DNA from: an uncultured Chloroflexia bacterium
GTDB lineage: Bacteria > Chloroflexota > Chloroflexia > QHBQ01 > JADMIH01
Direction of reading: 5' to 3'
Assembly: GCA_963797095.1 (NCBI GenBank)
Contig: CAWCNY010000004.1
Location: 480,001 to 544,000 of the forward strand
Length of the DNA: 64,000 bases
Positions 1-9,013 of the stretch are shown piece after piece. Both the position numbers and the translations under genes were made by a program. Each line of letters opens with the position of its first letter. Position 1 is the first letter of the stretch. Under the pieces are notes generated by a model. The model ran no database searches, had not been told where the DNA came from, and saw nothing but the letters and a program-made list of their open reading frames with translations.

Positions 1-3
1 TTG

Positions 4-66
4 CGTCCCTACGGGACTTGGCCTGGGTGGGATTTCCATCGGGTACTTACAAGGGGTGCAACTTAC
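4..66. repeat. REP-like composite (CGTCCCTACGGGAC hairpin plus degenerate GTAG-type REP), possibly truncated by window start
   Basis: GTCCC-TAC-GGGAC palindrome; 5-46 aligns with 22128-22173 (cgtccctactggactacttggcttgggtggcaatccatctgggcac). Confidence 0.6.
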
Positions 67-71
67 AATTG

Positions 72-1097
72 ACGATTGATGCAAAACCTACCAAGCAAAG
101 TTGACGAAGGATAAGGGAGACAAGCCGTGACGCAGGTTGGCCCAAGCTACTACAGCCATAGCGGTCAACTTGGCTATGATACGCAGCGCCAACCCACTCC
201 ATGCGTAGGCATGCGGGTGCTCCAAGTCTACGTACTCCTTGGCTTGGGCAAAGGTCGTCTCCACGATGGGTCGGACGGCACTCAGCCTCTCTTGCACTGC
301 CGGGTGCAACTGCACTCGCTGGTTGCTGCGGGTGGGAGTAATCAGCACTATGCTCTGCTCCTCCTCCAACCTCCTTTGCCTTCTCTCATCAAGCAGTCCT
401 TTGTCAGCCCAGATGAGCCACCCCTCATCATCTGCCATCATCGCTTCCAATCCATCTCGCTCATCACCACTAGCCGGCATCAGCACCCACTCGATGATAA
501 TCCCATTGGGCGTGACGAGGGCCACCAACTTGTACCCGTAGTAGTATTCTCGCCTGGCAGCACAGTAGCCCAACTCAGCCTCAGGCAAGGCCAGGTGGTG
601 AAGGCCGTATCTGCGCCAATGCCTCACATGGATTGGAGTGCCATCGGTCACTCCTTCGGGAGCAAGGTGTGCTGACACCTCTCGCACCAACTATATACGC
701 ATTGCATTCAGCACTCCCCAAAGGTTGCGAGCCCGACGGTTGTAGGCACTCTGTGTGGTCAGCGCTGGAAACCACTCCTGATAGTTGTGCCACACAAAGC
801 GCAGCCATCTGCGCTCAGGCCACTTGGCTTGGGCAAGCTGGTGAGCCAAAAGGAGGGTCAGCATCTCGCCGTCAGTCAGGCGTGGTGGAGTACCACCCTG
901 TGGGCGTATGTAACGAGCACCATCGTTTTGCAGCCACTGGTCGACCATCAGGTATAATCCTACCAGGAAGGTATCGAAGTCCATGTTCATCGGAAGCCTC
1001 CTTGCAAAGGGGTTTATGTTAGCTTCCGTTGTATCATTCACTTCGATACCTTTTCAACATGTTCAACTCCCTCTAAAGAGGGTTATGCATCAATCGT
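72..1097 (-). mobile_element. IS982-family insertion sequence
   Basis: 17-bp terminal IRs ACGATTGATGCA(A/T)AACC at 72-88 and 1081-1097 (16/17 match); 5-bp direct repeat AATTG at 67-71 and 1098-1102; about 1.0 kb with a single transposase. Confidence 0.85.
88..990 (-). pseudogene. IS982-family DDE transposase interrupted by an in-frame TAG
   Basis: ORFs 691..1041 and 88..690 are one frame split by TAG at 691-693; motifs DGTP, YYYGYK, ADKG, RxxVETxF; AAGGAGG RBS before ATG 990. Confidence 0.85.
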
Positions 1098-1224
1098 AAT
1101 TGGTATTTCTATTGTTTTTTCCTATGCCGGTATTTTTATGCGACATCATTGCCCCTACTCCGCTACTCCCCTACTCCCCTACTTTCTCTATTCTAACACT
1201 GAACTGTTCCCTTCAAGGGGGGTG

Positions 1225-1253
1225 TTGACTCCGCATCAATTGGGCTGTAACAT
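1225..1253 (+). promoter_or_regulatory. sigma70-type promoter upstream of CorC-like gene
   Basis: TTGACT-17 bp-TAACAT. Confidence 0.5.
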
Positions 1254-1453
1254 ATTCGTACCATCATTACGGCCTGGAATATGATTACAAATCACCATAT
1301 TCTTCGAAACCAGGTAAGCCCCATAACCCGCTCCAACAATGTATTACCTGCGCCTCAGCCGATTTTAGCGGCAACACCCAACTATCGAATGACCCAATCC
1401 CCACCCACTACCAGCACATCTACCAGGGATATTAAGGTAAACAACAAGGCTTT

Positions 1454-2878
1454 ATGTTATTTGGCCTACTGATACTTCTCCTCTTCCTCCTGGCCACCAG
1501 TTTCTTCGTCGCCAGCGAATACGCCATCGTGAGCGTGCGCCGCACGCGCATCGAGCAGTTGGTGAGCGAAGGCAACCGCGGCGCGGTGAGCGTGAAGAAT
1601 GCCATCGAGCACCTCGACAGCTACATCGCCGCCGTACAGATCGGCATTACTATCGCCACCCTCGGCATAGGCGCGCTGGGCGAGCCTGTGCTCGGCACTC
1701 TGATCGAACCCCTCATTCAGCCGATCTTGACGCCGGTCGAGGAGTACGTCACGGCTTCGGCCATCTCCATCGCTTTGGCGTTCCTCATAGTCACGATCCT
1801 GGAGATCGTCCTCGGCGAGATAGTGCCTAAGATCTGGGCACGCGAGCGCGCCGAACGCATGGCGCTCTTCGTCATTCGCCCGATGGAGTTCGTCGTATTC
1901 ATCTTCCGCCCGATTATCTGGCTCGTGACCCACCTGAGCGACATTGTACTTGGCGCTCTCGGCCTCCAGCTTGGGGAATCCCACGGCAGCGTCTACTCGG
2001 TGGAGGAGTTGGAAATGCTGGTTGCCTCCAGCCGCAAGGCAGGCGTTCTAGATAAAGAAGAAGAGGTAATCCTCCGGCGCGTCTTCGACTTCGGCGAGCT
2101 TAAGGCCAGGCAGGTAATGCTCCCTCGTACAGAGATCGAGGCCATCTCTATCGATGCCACTTTCGGCGAGGTGATCCAGGTCTTCTCCGAGCACAAGCAC
2201 AGCCGCTACCCCGTATACGAGCGGGACCTCGATCATCTGGTGGGCATTGTCCACGTCAAAGATGTCTTCCTGCTGCTGACGGGCGCTCGTGACGACATCG
2301 CGCGCAACCCACAGTCCGGCAATCAGAATGGCAAAGCAAACGATACGGCAGACAGCAAAGGCCTGGCGGTTTCCACGGCAAGCGGCTTCAGCGTGCGCGA
2401 CATCATGCGCCCCATCGTGCAGGCCCCCGAAACAAGCGACGTGGTCGACTTGCTCACGAGCATGCAAAAGATCGGCCAGCAGATGGTCGTAGTGATCGAC
2501 GAGTATGGAGGTACGGCAGGCATAGTCACTCTTGAGGATATAGTCGAAGAGATCGTGGGCGAGGTCCGCGACGAGTTCGAAACCGAAGAACCGCGCGAGC
2601 ACATAGTAGTCACCCCCACAGGCACCCTTGTAGATGGCCTTGCCTCGATTGACTACGTCAACGAGGTATTGGGCTTCGACATCAAGAGCGAGGCCGACAC
2701 CCTGGGAGGCTACGTGTTCGAGGTGCTAGGCAGAAAGCCCGAACTGGGCGACACAATCACCCACGGCCAGTACGTCCTCCAGGTAGAGGAGTTGGATGGT
2801 CTACGCATAGCCAAAGTCCGCATCACCCAGTTCCATCCCGCTGAGCAGGCCAAATTCGCCGAAACGCAGGGGGAATAA
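1454..2878 (+). CDS. Hemolysin/CorC-HlyC (CNNM) family transporter, DUF21 + 2 CBS + CorC
   Basis: FFVASEYA, GEIVPK, HSRYPVY, VIDEYGGTAGIVTLEDIVEEIVGE, TLGG motifs. Confidence 0.95.
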   Translation: MLFGLLILLLFLLATSFFVASEYAIVSVRRTRIEQLVSEGNRGAVSVKNAIEHLDSYIAAVQIGITIATLGIGALGEPVLGTLIEPLIQPILTPVEEYVTASAISIALAFLIVTILEIVLGEIVPKIWARERAERMALFVIRPMEFVVFIFRPIIWLVTHLSDIVLGALGLQLGESHGSVYSVEELEMLVASSRKAGVLDKEEEVILRRVFDFGELKARQVMLPRTEIEAISIDATFGEVIQVFSEHKHSRYPVYERDLDHLVGIVHVKDVFLLLTGARDDIARNPQSGNQNGKANDTADSKGLAVSTASGFSVRDIMRPIVQAPETSDVVDLLTSMQKIGQQMVVVIDEYGGTAGIVTLEDIVEEIVGEVRDEFETEEPREHIVVTPTGTLVDGLASIDYVNEVLGFDIKSEADTLGGYVFEVLGRKPELGDTITHGQYVLQVEELDGLRIAKVRITQFHPAEQAKFAETQGE

Positions 2879-2910
2879 GACGAGATGCGAGATCCCTGAC
2901 CTATTACGCG

Positions 2911-2982
2911 CTTCGTACTTCGTACTTCGTATAGCATATTCACTCGCCACCCGCCACCCGCCACCCGTCACTCGTAACTCAC
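2911..2982. repeat. Heptamer tandem arrays (CTTCGTA x3; CACYCGY-type x6)
   Basis: Direct reading; intergenic before rluB. Confidence 0.85.
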
Positions 2983-2987
2983 CACCA

Positions 2988-3752
2988 ATGGAACGACTAC
3001 AAAAACTCCTCGCCCGCGCAGGCGTAGCTTCCAGGCGATCTGCGGATGCAATGATCGCCGATGGGCGTGTGCGAGTTAACGGCGAGGTGGTCACCGAGAT
3101 GGGCCGTCAGGCCGATCCTATGATCGATAAGATCGAGCTTGACGGCAAACTCCTAACCATCCCACAACTCTCGACCGCCCAGGACAGTTACATCTACATC
3201 GTCCTGAACAAACCCGCAGGCGTGGTCACCACTGCCAAGGACACCCACGGCAGACCCACCGTGCTCGACCTGCTCCGACCAGGAACGGACGACAGGCGAC
3301 AGGCGATCCCTCGTGTTTTCCCGGTCGGACGCCTCGACGCCGACACTACTGGCCTCCTTCTTCTTACCAATGATGGCGACCTCACCTACCGCCTGACCCA
3401 CCCACGCTTCGGCGTCGAAAAGGAGTACCAGGCCCTCGTAAGAGGCCACCCTGCACCCGATGCCCTGCAGAAACTCCGCACCGGCGTCGAAATCGAGGGC
3501 GAGATGACCTCCCGCGCCAGGGTGACCGAGCTTGAGAGCCGGGGCAACAATGCCCTCCTCCGCATCACGATCCACGAAGGCCGCAAGCGCCAGGTGCGAC
3601 TCATGTGCGCCGCCGTCGGCCATCCCGTAATCTCGCTCCAGCGAGTGCGCTTCGGCCCAATACGCCTGAGCGATCTCAGGCCGGGCACATGGCGCTATCT
3701 TGCCACCCACGAAATACATGCCCTCAAGAAGGCCGTCAACCTCATGCGGTGA
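2988..3752 (+). CDS. rluB: rRNA pseudouridine synthase, RsuA/RluB family
   Basis: S4 domain ERLQKLLARAGVASRR, LNKPAG, catalytic GRLD, EGRKRQVR; upstream of cmk. Confidence 0.9.
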   Translation: MERLQKLLARAGVASRRSADAMIADGRVRVNGEVVTEMGRQADPMIDKIELDGKLLTIPQLSTAQDSYIYIVLNKPAGVVTTAKDTHGRPTVLDLLRPGTDDRRQAIPRVFPVGRLDADTTGLLLLTNDGDLTYRLTHPRFGVEKEYQALVRGHPAPDALQKLRTGVEIEGEMTSRARVTELESRGNNALLRITIHEGRKRQVRLMCAAVGHPVISLQRVRFGPIRLSDLRPGTWRYLATHEIHALKKAVNLMR

Positions 3753-3832
3753 GACTCTCCCAACGGTGCATAAATTTCCCACCAACCTGTCTTTGCGTTA
3801 CAATGCATCGAACAACACAGCAGGAGCTGATC

Positions 3833-4570
3833 TTGACCCAACCCAACCACCCAGCAGAACCTATAACACATCCCCCAAAAACCCGCTCCCTGCCTAAAAC
3901 CATCGCGATTGATGGCCCCGCAGGTGCGGGCAAAAGCACCATCGGGCGCTTGCTAGCCGAACGCTTGGGCTACCTCTTCCTTGACACAGGCGCAATGTAC
4001 AGGGCTGTTGCCCTCGCCGCCCTCCATCGGGGCATCGCCATCACCAGCGAGGAGCTACTGACCGATCTCGCCGGACACCTGCCAATTCATATCGAGCGCC
4101 CCGCTCCATCCTGCGCCGATGGGCGTGCCTACACTGTGAAAATAGGCGACGAAGACGTAACCTGGGAGATCAGGAAACCCGAAGTTGAGGCCGTTGTATC
4201 GGGCGTCGCATCATGGCCCGGAGTCCGAACCGCCCAGGTGCGCCAGCAAAGACGCATCGCCCGTCTCGGCCCTGTCGTAATGGTGGGCCGCGACATCACA
4301 ACCGAAGTGCTTCCCGACGCCGACCTCAAAATATACCTCGACGCCTCCCTGCAGGAACGCGCACGCCGTCGCTACGTCGAACTAAAGGAAAGAGGCCGCG
4401 ACGTTACGTTCGAGCAGGTCGAGGCCGAAATAGCCCACCGCGACGACATGGACATGCATCGCGCCACCGGCGCCCTCCGCAGGGCCGAAGACGCTGTGCT
4501 AATAAACACCGAGGGCCTCACCATCCCTCAAGCCCTGGCCGAAGTGGAAAAAGTAGTACGCGACAAGTAA
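3833..4570 (+). CDS. cmk: Cytidylate kinase
   Basis: IAIDGPAGAGKST, LDTGAMYRA, VGRDI, RARRR; TTG start after AGGAG. Confidence 0.95.
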   Translation: MTQPNHPAEPITHPPKTRSLPKTIAIDGPAGAGKSTIGRLLAERLGYLFLDTGAMYRAVALAALHRGIAITSEELLTDLAGHLPIHIERPAPSCADGRAYTVKIGDEDVTWEIRKPEVEAVVSGVASWPGVRTAQVRQQRRIARLGPVVMVGRDITTEVLPDADLKIYLDASLQERARRRYVELKERGRDVTFEQVEAEIAHRDDMDMHRATGALRRAEDAVLINTEGLTIPQALAEVEKVVRDK

Positions 4571-4619
4571 CTTTTACAGCTCCATCCCACGCCACTCATC
4601 ACTCGTCACTCGTCAAGAA

Positions 4620-5900
4620 TCACGTCTCCCGGTCATATCGCCGCAACGACGGTATCAGCACCCCAACCAGCACCGTAGCCACCATTACCCCGATCCCGCC
4701 TATGGCTATCGACGTGCTCAGGCCAAGCACTGTGGCAGCTAAGCCCGCTTCCAGTTCGCCCAGTTGCGGCCCACCCATATAGAAGATCATATTCACTGAA
4801 GTCATTCGCCCGCGTAGGTCATCGGGTGTCGTAAGCTGTCGGATCGTTTGCCGCATCACCATACTTACCGTATCCGCGGCCCCGGTCCCTGCCAGCGCAA
4901 CCACCGTCAGCCAGTAAAAGTGCGACAACCCGAACACGATCGTCGCGATCCCATACGCCACCACAGACACGATCACGATCAGACCCTGGCGGCGTACATT
5001 CCCCAGCCAGGACATGATTATGCCTGCCACCACCGCCCCGATAGCAGGCGCTGCGTACAGCACGCCCCAGTACTGCCTGTCAACCTTCAGTATCTGCTCC
5101 GCCACCGCAGGCAGCAGAACGGTAGCCGCCCCGAAGAAAGTCGCCATGAAATCGAGGATCATCGTAGACATGATGATCGGCGTCCGTTTCAGGAACCGCA
5201 ACCCATCAAGCGCTGCCCTGACGCTCACATCACGGGTAGCGGCCTGTTGTGGTCTTGTGCGCATGAGGAAGAGCGCGACAATTACCGCTGTGAACGTTAC
5301 CGCATCAATCGAGTAAATAATAGTGAATCCCAACCCATGCAGTGCCACGAAAAGTCCGGCAATTGTCGGCCCTATTATGGTCGCCACCTGCCACATAATA
5401 ATATTCAGCGATAGCGCGTTAGGCAGATCCTTGCGCGGCACCAGGTTCGGTATCAAAGCCGAGCGCGCCGGGTTATCAAACGCAAGCGCCGAAGACCCAA
5501 GCGCGCTTATCGCGTAGATTAGCGGCACCGAAATCCACCCCGACCCCGTAGCTACCGCCAGCACCAGCGAAGTAAGAGCCATCACCGACTGCGTCGCCAT
5601 CAGTAATCGCCGCCTGTCTACTGCGTCGGCCACCACCCCACCGAACAACGAGAAGCCCAGCAGAGGAATCAGCTTTACCAGTCCAAGCAGCCCTACCAGC
5701 GTGTAACTGTGCGTGAGATCCCACAGTTGAACGTCCACCGCCACGAGGCGCATTTGGCTCCCCAGTTGGGATACAAATCCACCTCCCCACAATAATCGAT
5801 AGTCTCGATACTTTAATGCGAGCCAGGGCGAGGTGCGCCTGTGTGCTTCTATGACGTCTTCGCCGGCCGCCTCCTTGTCAGCGACTCCTTCAGCGCTCAT
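4620..5900 (-). CDS. MFS transporter (EntS/DHA3-like)
   Basis: About 12 hydrophobic helices, GVVADAVDRRR motif A, LRGR in C-terminal half. Confidence 0.9.
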   Translation of the reverse strand: MSAEGVADKEAAGEDVIEAHRRTSPWLALKYRDYRLLWGGGFVSQLGSQMRLVAVDVQLWDLTHSYTLVGLLGLVKLIPLLGFSLFGGVVADAVDRRRLLMATQSVMALTSLVLAVATGSGWISVPLIYAISALGSSALAFDNPARSALIPNLVPRKDLPNALSLNIIMWQVATIIGPTIAGLFVALHGLGFTIIYSIDAVTFTAVIVALFLMRTRPQQAATRDVSVRAALDGLRFLKRTPIIMSTMILDFMATFFGAATVLLPAVAEQILKVDRQYWGVLYAAPAIGAVVAGIIMSWLGNVRRQGLIVIVSVVAYGIATIVFGLSHFYWLTVVALAGTGAADTVSMVMRQTIRQLTTPDDLRGRMTSVNMIFYMGGPQLGELEAGLAATVLGLSTSIAIGGIGVMVATVLVGVLIPSLRRYDRET

Positions 5901-6109
5901 AACCAATATTGTACTGCTTCTGCTGTAACGGATACAACCGTTACTGGGCACGCCTGATGAGCCAATATGCTGTCGCCCTGTACCAATCCCCTAGCCTCAT
6001 TTCAGGCCGCTTTGAACACCAATTGAGCAGAAAATGGCCTTGAAACTGAACAACCATTAGGAGCAAGATACATTTGGCAGCTTGATACGTTAACTGAGAG
6101 ACACCTTTC

Positions 6110-6917
6110 ATGATTGGCACCCTTATCCAACCCGACATTCCAGCACCCACCCAAGGTCTCTCGAGTAACGCTATGCAAAGTCCACAGCCAACTCTCACAA
6201 CCCCGGTAGCTGTACCCGCCTTCCACCCTACCAACATTCCCGCTCAAGTCCGCCGCCTTCGGGAAGCATCCTTCTATCTTGCCCGCGACCTCCAATGCCC
6301 GGAAGCCGGCCCCAATCAGAGTATTCCCATGCAGCAAACGATAGAATCCTTTGATAATGCGGTGGCGACTATCATCCGTCGCGCCGCAAGCACCGCCAGG
6401 AACGACCGCTGGCTGGCAATCGAGAACTCTAAGTGCGGTATTCGCCCAGGGCTCTACACCCATGCGTCCCTTAGCCGGCGAGTACAGCGGCGAGCTACTT
6501 GTCACAACCCCATCCACCCCCATCGAAGCCGTAGCGCATCTGGTAGCCCGGTTCTATGTCCCGTGGCTCGGCAAGCGCTTTGACCCCGATACCTCCACAG
6601 GCGATAACATTCTACGCCCAGGCGCCCGCTTCGTTGGGCACCTGTTATGGCCGCTATATTTCCGCTACAAGCCGTACCGCGAGGGTTTCTACACAGCCTT
6701 TCCCTTCAGCACATTCACAGCGCCAGGCATACAAGACCCCGATATTACGACACTCAAGCTCGATTACGACACTCCCGGTAACCCCGGCTTTCTGGTCCGC
6801 ACGGTCCTCGACGAGATAGTCCAGATCACACATAATTACTACCTCGGAAAAGCCTATCTCTGGCGCTCCCACAACTACCATCTCACCGCCTTCTTCGCCC
6901 TCCGCAAAAGTCCATAG
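6110..6917 (+). pseudogene. Hypothetical protein, apparently frameshifted near 6425
   Basis: ORFs 6110..6583 and 6351..6917 overlap; removing one A in GAGAACTCT joins them (WLAIE-TLSAVFAQG); C-terminal part has PWLGKRFD, LKLDYD, VLDEIVQ, YLGKA. Confidence 0.5.
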
Positions 6918-6952
6918 CCACAAGCCCCTCTCTAGTTCCGACCTCCAACCAC

Positions 6953-7015
6953 AACCAAGAACCATGAACTTGGAACCAGAAACTTGGAACTCGGCACTCG
7001 GCACTCAATACTCAA
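6953..7015. repeat. Mixed heptamer array, 9 in-phase units
   Basis: aaccaag aaccatg aacttgg aaccaga aacttgg aactcgg cactcgg cactcaa tactcaa. Confidence 0.8.
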
Positions 7016-7019
7016 ACCA

Positions 7020-7748
7020 GTGAACGATCTCCTGACAATGCTAGACAGCTATGGCGTTGGCCTCCTCTTCATAGTGCTTCTGCTGAAAGAGATAGGAGTG
7101 CCCATCCCGATACCCGGCGACCTCTTGATGGTCGTTGCGGGAGCACGCGCCGCGGCAGGCGGCTTACCCCTCTGGGGCGTGCTCGTCGCCGCCTTAGTTG
7201 CCGGGGTGATCGGAGCCTTCGTCCAGTACCTGCTCGCCAGGGGACCGGGGCGCAACGTTATCTATCGCTTCGGCAAATATATCGGCCTCACCCAACCTCG
7301 CCTCGACAAAGCTTCCGACAGCATCAAAGATCGCGGCTGGGTAGCCGTAGCCCTCGGTCGCGCCCTGCCTGGGCTTCGAATTGGCGCTGTTGCCGCCTGC
7401 GGGCTGGCCGCCGTGCCCCTTACCACCTTCACAACCGGCCTCGTTGCGGGTACAATACTCTTCGTCGGTTTCCACACCATGCTCGGCTACCTCGCCGGGC
7501 CAGGCGCGAGCGCCATCTTCGACAACATCAACATCCCCATCCCCGCCCTCATCTTCGCGCTGGCCCTCATGGGTCTGGCCGGTTGGATCTTCATAAGGTA
7601 CAAGCAGCGCAAGGCAAAACAAGCGAACGATACAGCCGCTGTCTTCGATTGGGCGGATGCTTGCTGTCCCGTTTGCCTGGCTGCAGGCAGGCTCATTGAA
7701 GGTCAACCCCGATCCGGCATGGCACCCATAACCCCTGGGAGGGCATAA
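7020..7748 (+). CDS. DedA/VTT family membrane protein with C-terminal CCPVC
   Basis: EIGVPIPIPGD, GRALPGLR, hydrophobic segments. Confidence 0.85.
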   Translation: MNDLLTMLDSYGVGLLFIVLLLKEIGVPIPIPGDLLMVVAGARAAAGGLPLWGVLVAALVAGVIGAFVQYLLARGPGRNVIYRFGKYIGLTQPRLDKASDSIKDRGWVAVALGRALPGLRIGAVAACGLAAVPLTTFTTGLVAGTILFVGFHTMLGYLAGPGASAIFDNINIPIPALIFALALMGLAGWIFIRYKQRKAKQANDTAAVFDWADACCPVCLAAGRLIEGQPRSGMAPITPGRA

Positions 7749-8371
7749 TGACCTCTGCAAGCACCCGCCCCGGCCCTCGCACGCGGGCCGAAACCACACC
7801 CAGCTTCGATGGGGCGCGCCTCGCCTACCTGGAGGTCGCGGGCCTGAAAGCCTACTACGATCATCGGTGGCTCGACTGCTTCCGCTACATCCTGCAAATT
7901 AACCGCGAGCAGTTCGGCCTCTCCATCTTTCGGGCCATCCAGAACGCCTACTACTTCACCAAAGCTTCCATCGCCTGGGCACCCGTGGACCACAAAGCCG
8001 AAGTTACCCACGACTACATCCGCAAGTTCTACCGCGTCGCCAAGCGCTACGGCAATCACGGCAAGGGTCTTCCGTTCGATGCCAGGAAGGTATCCGAGCT
8101 TGAGTTCCAGTACTGGATCCTCCATCGCGAGCGCGGCATGGACCCCAACAATGACCCACAACCCTACATTCAGTGCCTGGCAGAGCTACATAGCGCGGTC
8201 TTCGGTCTCACAACCGAGGAAACCCGCTATTCAGGCGAGAAGCGTGTGGAAGGTACCGATGCCATCGACCGCATCACCGGCAAGCGGTCGACCGACATTG
8301 AGGGCGACTGGCGCGAAGCTGAATCCGCCCTCAGCGAAGCGTATCGAAGCATCGCCGCCAAACTAAACTAG
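7748..8371 (+). CDS. Hypothetical protein (all-helical)
   Basis: 207-aa ORF coupled to DedA (TAATG overlap) with host-like codon usage. Confidence 0.75.
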   Translation: MTSASTRPGPRTRAETTPSFDGARLAYLEVAGLKAYYDHRWLDCFRYILQINREQFGLSIFRAIQNAYYFTKASIAWAPVDHKAEVTHDYIRKFYRVAKRYGNHGKGLPFDARKVSELEFQYWILHRERGMDPNNDPQPYIQCLAELHSAVFGLTTEETRYSGEKRVEGTDAIDRITGKRSTDIEGDWREAESALSEAYRSIAAKLN

Positions 8372-8393
8372 CGGCATCCTAGGAGGTCACCAA

Positions 8394-8681
8394 ATGTACG
8401 CAGCAATCCGCATGGCACGTTGTGTATCCGGCAAGCAGGACGAAGTTGCCAATAAAGTCCGCGACGAATACGTGCCGATGATGCAGAAGTTAGCGGGTTT
8501 GCATGGCTACTATCTGGTCAAGGGGGCTAATGACACCCTCTTTACCGTCAGCATATTCGACACCGCCGAGCACGCACACGGTTCCAATACCCTTGCCAAA
8601 GAATGGGTGCCCAACGCGCTGGCAGGATTACTCGATGGGCCGCTCCAGCCGCACGAGGGCGAGATAATCTACCAATTGTAG
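8394..8681 (+). CDS. ABM-like dimeric alpha+beta barrel protein
   Basis: AGGAGG RBS; 95 aa, ferredoxin-like pattern (GLHGYYLV, TVSIFDT). Confidence 0.7.
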   Translation: MYAAIRMARCVSGKQDEVANKVRDEYVPMMQKLAGLHGYYLVKGANDTLFTVSIFDTAEHAHGSNTLAKEWVPNALAGLLDGPLQPHEGEIIYQL

Positions 8682-8706
8682 AATCAAATCTACCCTGAAA
8701 CAAAAG

Positions 8707-8738
8707 CCGCCAAAGCCTCCTAACGGAATCTTTGGCGG
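8707..8738 (+). terminator. Putative hairpin terminator
   Basis: CCGCCAAAG / CTTTGGCGG stem after the 8681 stop; weak U tail. Confidence 0.4.
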
Positions 8739-8911
8739 ACTTACTATTGGCATTCAAAGCTGACCTTCAGCCGGCTATAGCTATAGCAGTCCACATAGAG
8801 TTGCGCATATAATGGAGCTAATAATACTATAGCCCCACCAAGCATAAGCACAACCCCGCATACCCCGCCCAATCACCAGATCAATCCCCACAAACCCATC
8901 CATCGTACAAT

Positions 8912-8997
8912 TAAGGCACTCGCTACTAAGGCACTCGCTACTAAGGCACTCGCTACTAAGGCACTCGCTACTAAGGCACTCGCTACTAAGGCACTCG
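8912..8997. repeat. 15-bp tandem repeat TAAGGCACTCGCTAC x5.7
   Basis: Five perfect units plus a partial sixth, no spacers. Confidence 0.95.
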
Positions 8998-9013
8998 TCA
9001 CCGACCATCCACC

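Noticed and set aside
691-693. Pyrrolysine or genome-wide TAG recoding
   Set aside because: TAG terminates many intact genes here (threonine aldolase, purQ, M16 subunit); no pyl genes seen
8912-8997. Possible CRISPR array
   Set aside because: 15-bp units are contiguous with no spacers, and no cas genes are in the window
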